Shown: positions 61,917-64,000 of the stretch, piece after piece | Layout: each line of letters begins with the position of its first letter | How positions within the stretch are numbered: position 1 is the stretch's first letter | Source of the DNA: an uncultured delta proteobacterium | GTDB taxonomy: Bacteria; Desulfobacterota; SM23-61 | Assembly: GCA_963712535.1 (NCBI GenBank) | Contig: CAVQIK010000002.1 | Coordinates: 27,250-91,249, forward strand | Length of the DNA: 64,000 nucleotides | Direction of reading: 5' to 3' | Notes under the pieces: model-generated | Told to the model about the DNA's origin: nothing | Seen by the model: only the letters and a program-made list of their open reading frames with translations | The model's database searches: none | Translations under genes and position numbers: made by a program

Positions 61917-62704
61917 ATGGACGAACCCTTGCTGCTTACGGAAAGAAAAGAGAAAATCTTCACCCTCACGATCAACCGCCCCGAACGCCGCAACGCCCTT
62001 AATTCCGCGATGGTTTCCAGGATGGTGGAAATTCTTAGAGAAGTCCGGGACGAGGAGGAAGTGCGGTGCCTGGTGATTCGCGGGGCCGGCGACAAGGCCT
62101 TCTGCTCCGGCTATGACATCGCCGACATCGCGACCCGGCAAACCTCTAAGGAAGCCTCCAGGAGTCCTTTTCAGGACGTGCTCGAGGCCGTTCTGGAATT
62201 TCCTTACCCGGTCATCGGAATGATCAACGGGCATGCCTTCGGGGCCGGGTGTGACCTCGCCTTGACCTGCGACATCCGGATCGCCGCCGAACACGCCCAG
62301 ATGGGGGTGCCCCCGGCCAAGCTGGGGATCGTTTACGGACCCGAGGGGATCCTGCGCTTCATCAACACGGTCGGGATGGCGAATGCCAAGGAAATGTTCT
62401 TCACCGGGCGCAGCTACGCCGCCCCGAAGGCCAGGGAGATGGGGCTCGTGCACTACGTTCTCCCGGCCGATCAGGTCGTCCCTTTCACCTACGAGATGGC
62501 GCGGAGAAATCTCGGCGAATGCCCCGCTCTCCCTGAAAGGGATCAAAGCTGATCTTCCGGAAGTGCCTTCAGCACCAGAAACTCGACCCGGAGGATGCCC
62601 GGGAAGTGGAAGCCCTGCGCACCCAGGCTTTCAACAGCGAGGACCTCAAGGAAGGCCAGCTCGCTTTCAAGGAAAAAAGAAAACCGGTCTTCAAGGGCAG
62701 GTGA
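61917..62704 (+). CDS. enoyl-CoA hydratase/isomerase (crotonase) paralogue; frameshift near 62520
   Basis: MDEPLLLTERKEKIFTLTINRPERRNAL...GAGDKAFCSGYDI. The C-terminus LKEGQLAFKEKRKPVFKGR is in a third frame. Confidence 0.7.
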
Positions 62705-62922
62705 AAAGGCATGAAGGGAAAAGTCCCGAATGCCCCTTTCGGCTTGATCCGGGATGCCGGAACGGATAGAATAGCGAAATTCTCGGCCGGAAAAGGACGC
62801 GGCAGAGCCGCTCCGGTCCGATGATTCCGGTCACAAAACGTCAGCATGAAAGACCTTTCACCGGCTGAGGCTTGCTCAACCTTCATGGGGCAAGAGCGGC
62901 AGTCGGGGGACAAGGAGAAGGA

Positions 62923-63428
62923 ATGAACGCGCAACGATGGGGGAGCGTCTTTCTGGCTGGCCTTCGGCCTGGTCAGCATCTACGGGTCCCTGGTGCTGGG
63001 CCTCGGGAGCATGCGGGAGCCGGGCTCGGGGTTCCTTTCCTTTCTCGCCGGGTGCTTCATCTGCTGCATGGCCGCCATCGTCCTGGTGGAATCCTTCCTT
63101 CAGAAGAAAGAGGCCCGGGCAAAACTTTCCTCCCTTTGGGCAGGGGTGAACTGGCGCAGGCCTCTCATCATCAGCTTTCTGGTCCTGGGCTTCATCCTGT
63201 TCCTGGAGAGGCTGGGGTTCTTCCTTTCCAGTTTTCTGCTCATATTCATCCTGTTGAAAACGGTCGAGAAGTTCTCCTGGACGCAAGGCCGTCCTCATCC
63301 CGGTGCTGACTTTGGGATGCACCTATCTTCTCTTCGACGTGTTCTTAAAGGGCACCCTGCCCAAAGGGATTCCTGGGCTTTTAACGGAACGGAAGGAATA
63401 CTGGTTATGGATTTCTTGGGCAACATGA
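62923..63428 (+). CDS. tctB: tripartite tricarboxylate transporter TctB; two frameshifts (near 62940 in a G5 run and near 63290)
   Basis: MNAQRWG then ASFWLAFGLVSIYGSLVLGL...LLIFILLKTVEKFSW then KAVLIPVLTLGCTYLLFDVFLKGTLPKG. The stop overlaps the tctA start. Confidence 0.55.
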
Positions 63429-64000
63429 TTGTCGGATTCAGCGTCGCTTTCCAACCGACAAACCTGATGTTCTGTTTCCTGGGATGTTTTGTGGGCACCC
63501 TGATCGGGGTCCTTCCCGGGATCGGGCCGGTGGGCACCATGGCCATCCTCCTGCCGGTGACCTACGGCATCAACCCCACGACGGCCATCATCATGCTGGC
63601 CGGGATCTATTACGGGGCCCAGTACGGAGGCTCTACGACCTCCATCCTGGTGAACATCCCCGGCGAGGCGGCCTCGGTGATCACCACCCTCGACGGATAC
63701 CAGATGGCCCGGCAGGGCCGCGCCGGGCCGGCCCTGGGGATCGCGGCCTTCGGGTCTTTTATCGCCGGAACCTTCGGGGTCATCGGCCTTATGCTCCTGG
63801 CTCCTCCCCTGGTCTCGGTGGCCCTGCGCTTCGGACCGCCCGAATATTTTTCCCTGATGATCCTCGGTTTTGTGGTGCTCACCTACCTGGCCCAGAAGTC
63901 CATGGCCAAAGCCCTGCTGACGGCCGGCGTCGGAATCATCCTGGGGACGGTCGGACTGGACACCATGACCGGCATGCCCCGGTTTACCTTCAACGTCCCC
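63407..64000 (+). CDS. tctA: tripartite tricarboxylate transporter TctA (5' partial, runs off the window)
   Basis: MDFLGNMIVGFSVAF...AGIYYGAQYGGSTTSILVNIPGE. The open frame runs to the window end. Confidence 0.85.
   Translation, partial: MDFLGNMIVGFSVAFQPTNLMFCFLGCFVGTLIGVLPGIGPVGTMAILLPVTYGINPTTAIIMLAGIYYGAQYGGSTTSILVNIPGEAASVITTLDGYQMARQGRAGPALGIAAFGSFIAGTFGVIGLMLLAPPLVSVALRFGPPEYFSLMILGFVVLTYLAQKSMAKALLTAGVGIILGTVGLDTMTGMPRFTFNVP

Noticed and set aside
1-64000. tRNA, rRNA or tmRNA genes
   Set aside because: No T-loop (GGTTCGAATCC-like) plus acceptor-stem arrangements and no rRNA-like conserved stretches were recognised by eye. A tRNAscan or Infernal run would be needed to exclude them formally.

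Overview
This is a 64-kb high-GC bacterial chromosomal fragment. The gene content is three TctCBA tripartite tricarboxylate transporter loci, a TRAP DctPQM transporter, a LivKHMGF ABC importer, RqcH (NFACT family), an AcsE/MtrH-like pterin methyltransferase, a PEP-CTERM gene remnant and a 2,4-dienoyl-CoA reductase-like enzyme. This suggests a Gram-negative, probably anaerobic Deltaproteobacteria/Desulfobacterota-like organism, but taxonomy cannot be proven from the sequence alone.

The core is a large uptake and catabolism region for organic, hydroxy and amino acids. It contains three enolase-superfamily (MR/MLE) enzymes, two LarA-like racemase homologues, two tartrate/isopropylmalate-dehydrogenase-family enzymes and a CitE-like CoA-ester lyase. 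It also has a TcuA-like FAD dehydrogenase, two crotonases, a BKACE enzyme, an HIBADH-like reductase, an IadA-like amidohydrolase, RidA and a cupin.

Accessory content includes a VapBC module on an AT-rich islet and a DUF4160/DUF2442 pair with a nucleotidyltransferase-fold gene. A roughly 0.5-kb MITE-like insertion, with 12-bp target-site duplications and 16-bp terminal inverted repeats, carries a DUF559 endonuclease ORF. A GC-rich islet between 30.3 and 33.3 kb is flanked by an IS-transposase remnant, a PEP-CTERM gene remnant and a duplicated cupin 3' fragment. It encodes a six-cysteine peptide immediately upstream of a radical-SAM/SPASM enzyme, which I read as a candidate uncharacterised RiPP locus.

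The intergenic space holds a dense family of nested G6/C6 palindromic REP/BIME-like repeats, about 16 units. Some sit inside longer composite repeats duplicated upstream of unrelated dehydrogenase genes. At least two further hairpin families are present.

About 13 conserved genes are interrupted by single-base frameshifts, and the glycogen phosphorylase gene by at least four. Several map to short homopolymers, which looks more like indel errors in the assembly than real pseudogenes. No tRNA, rRNA or CRISPR array was recognised.
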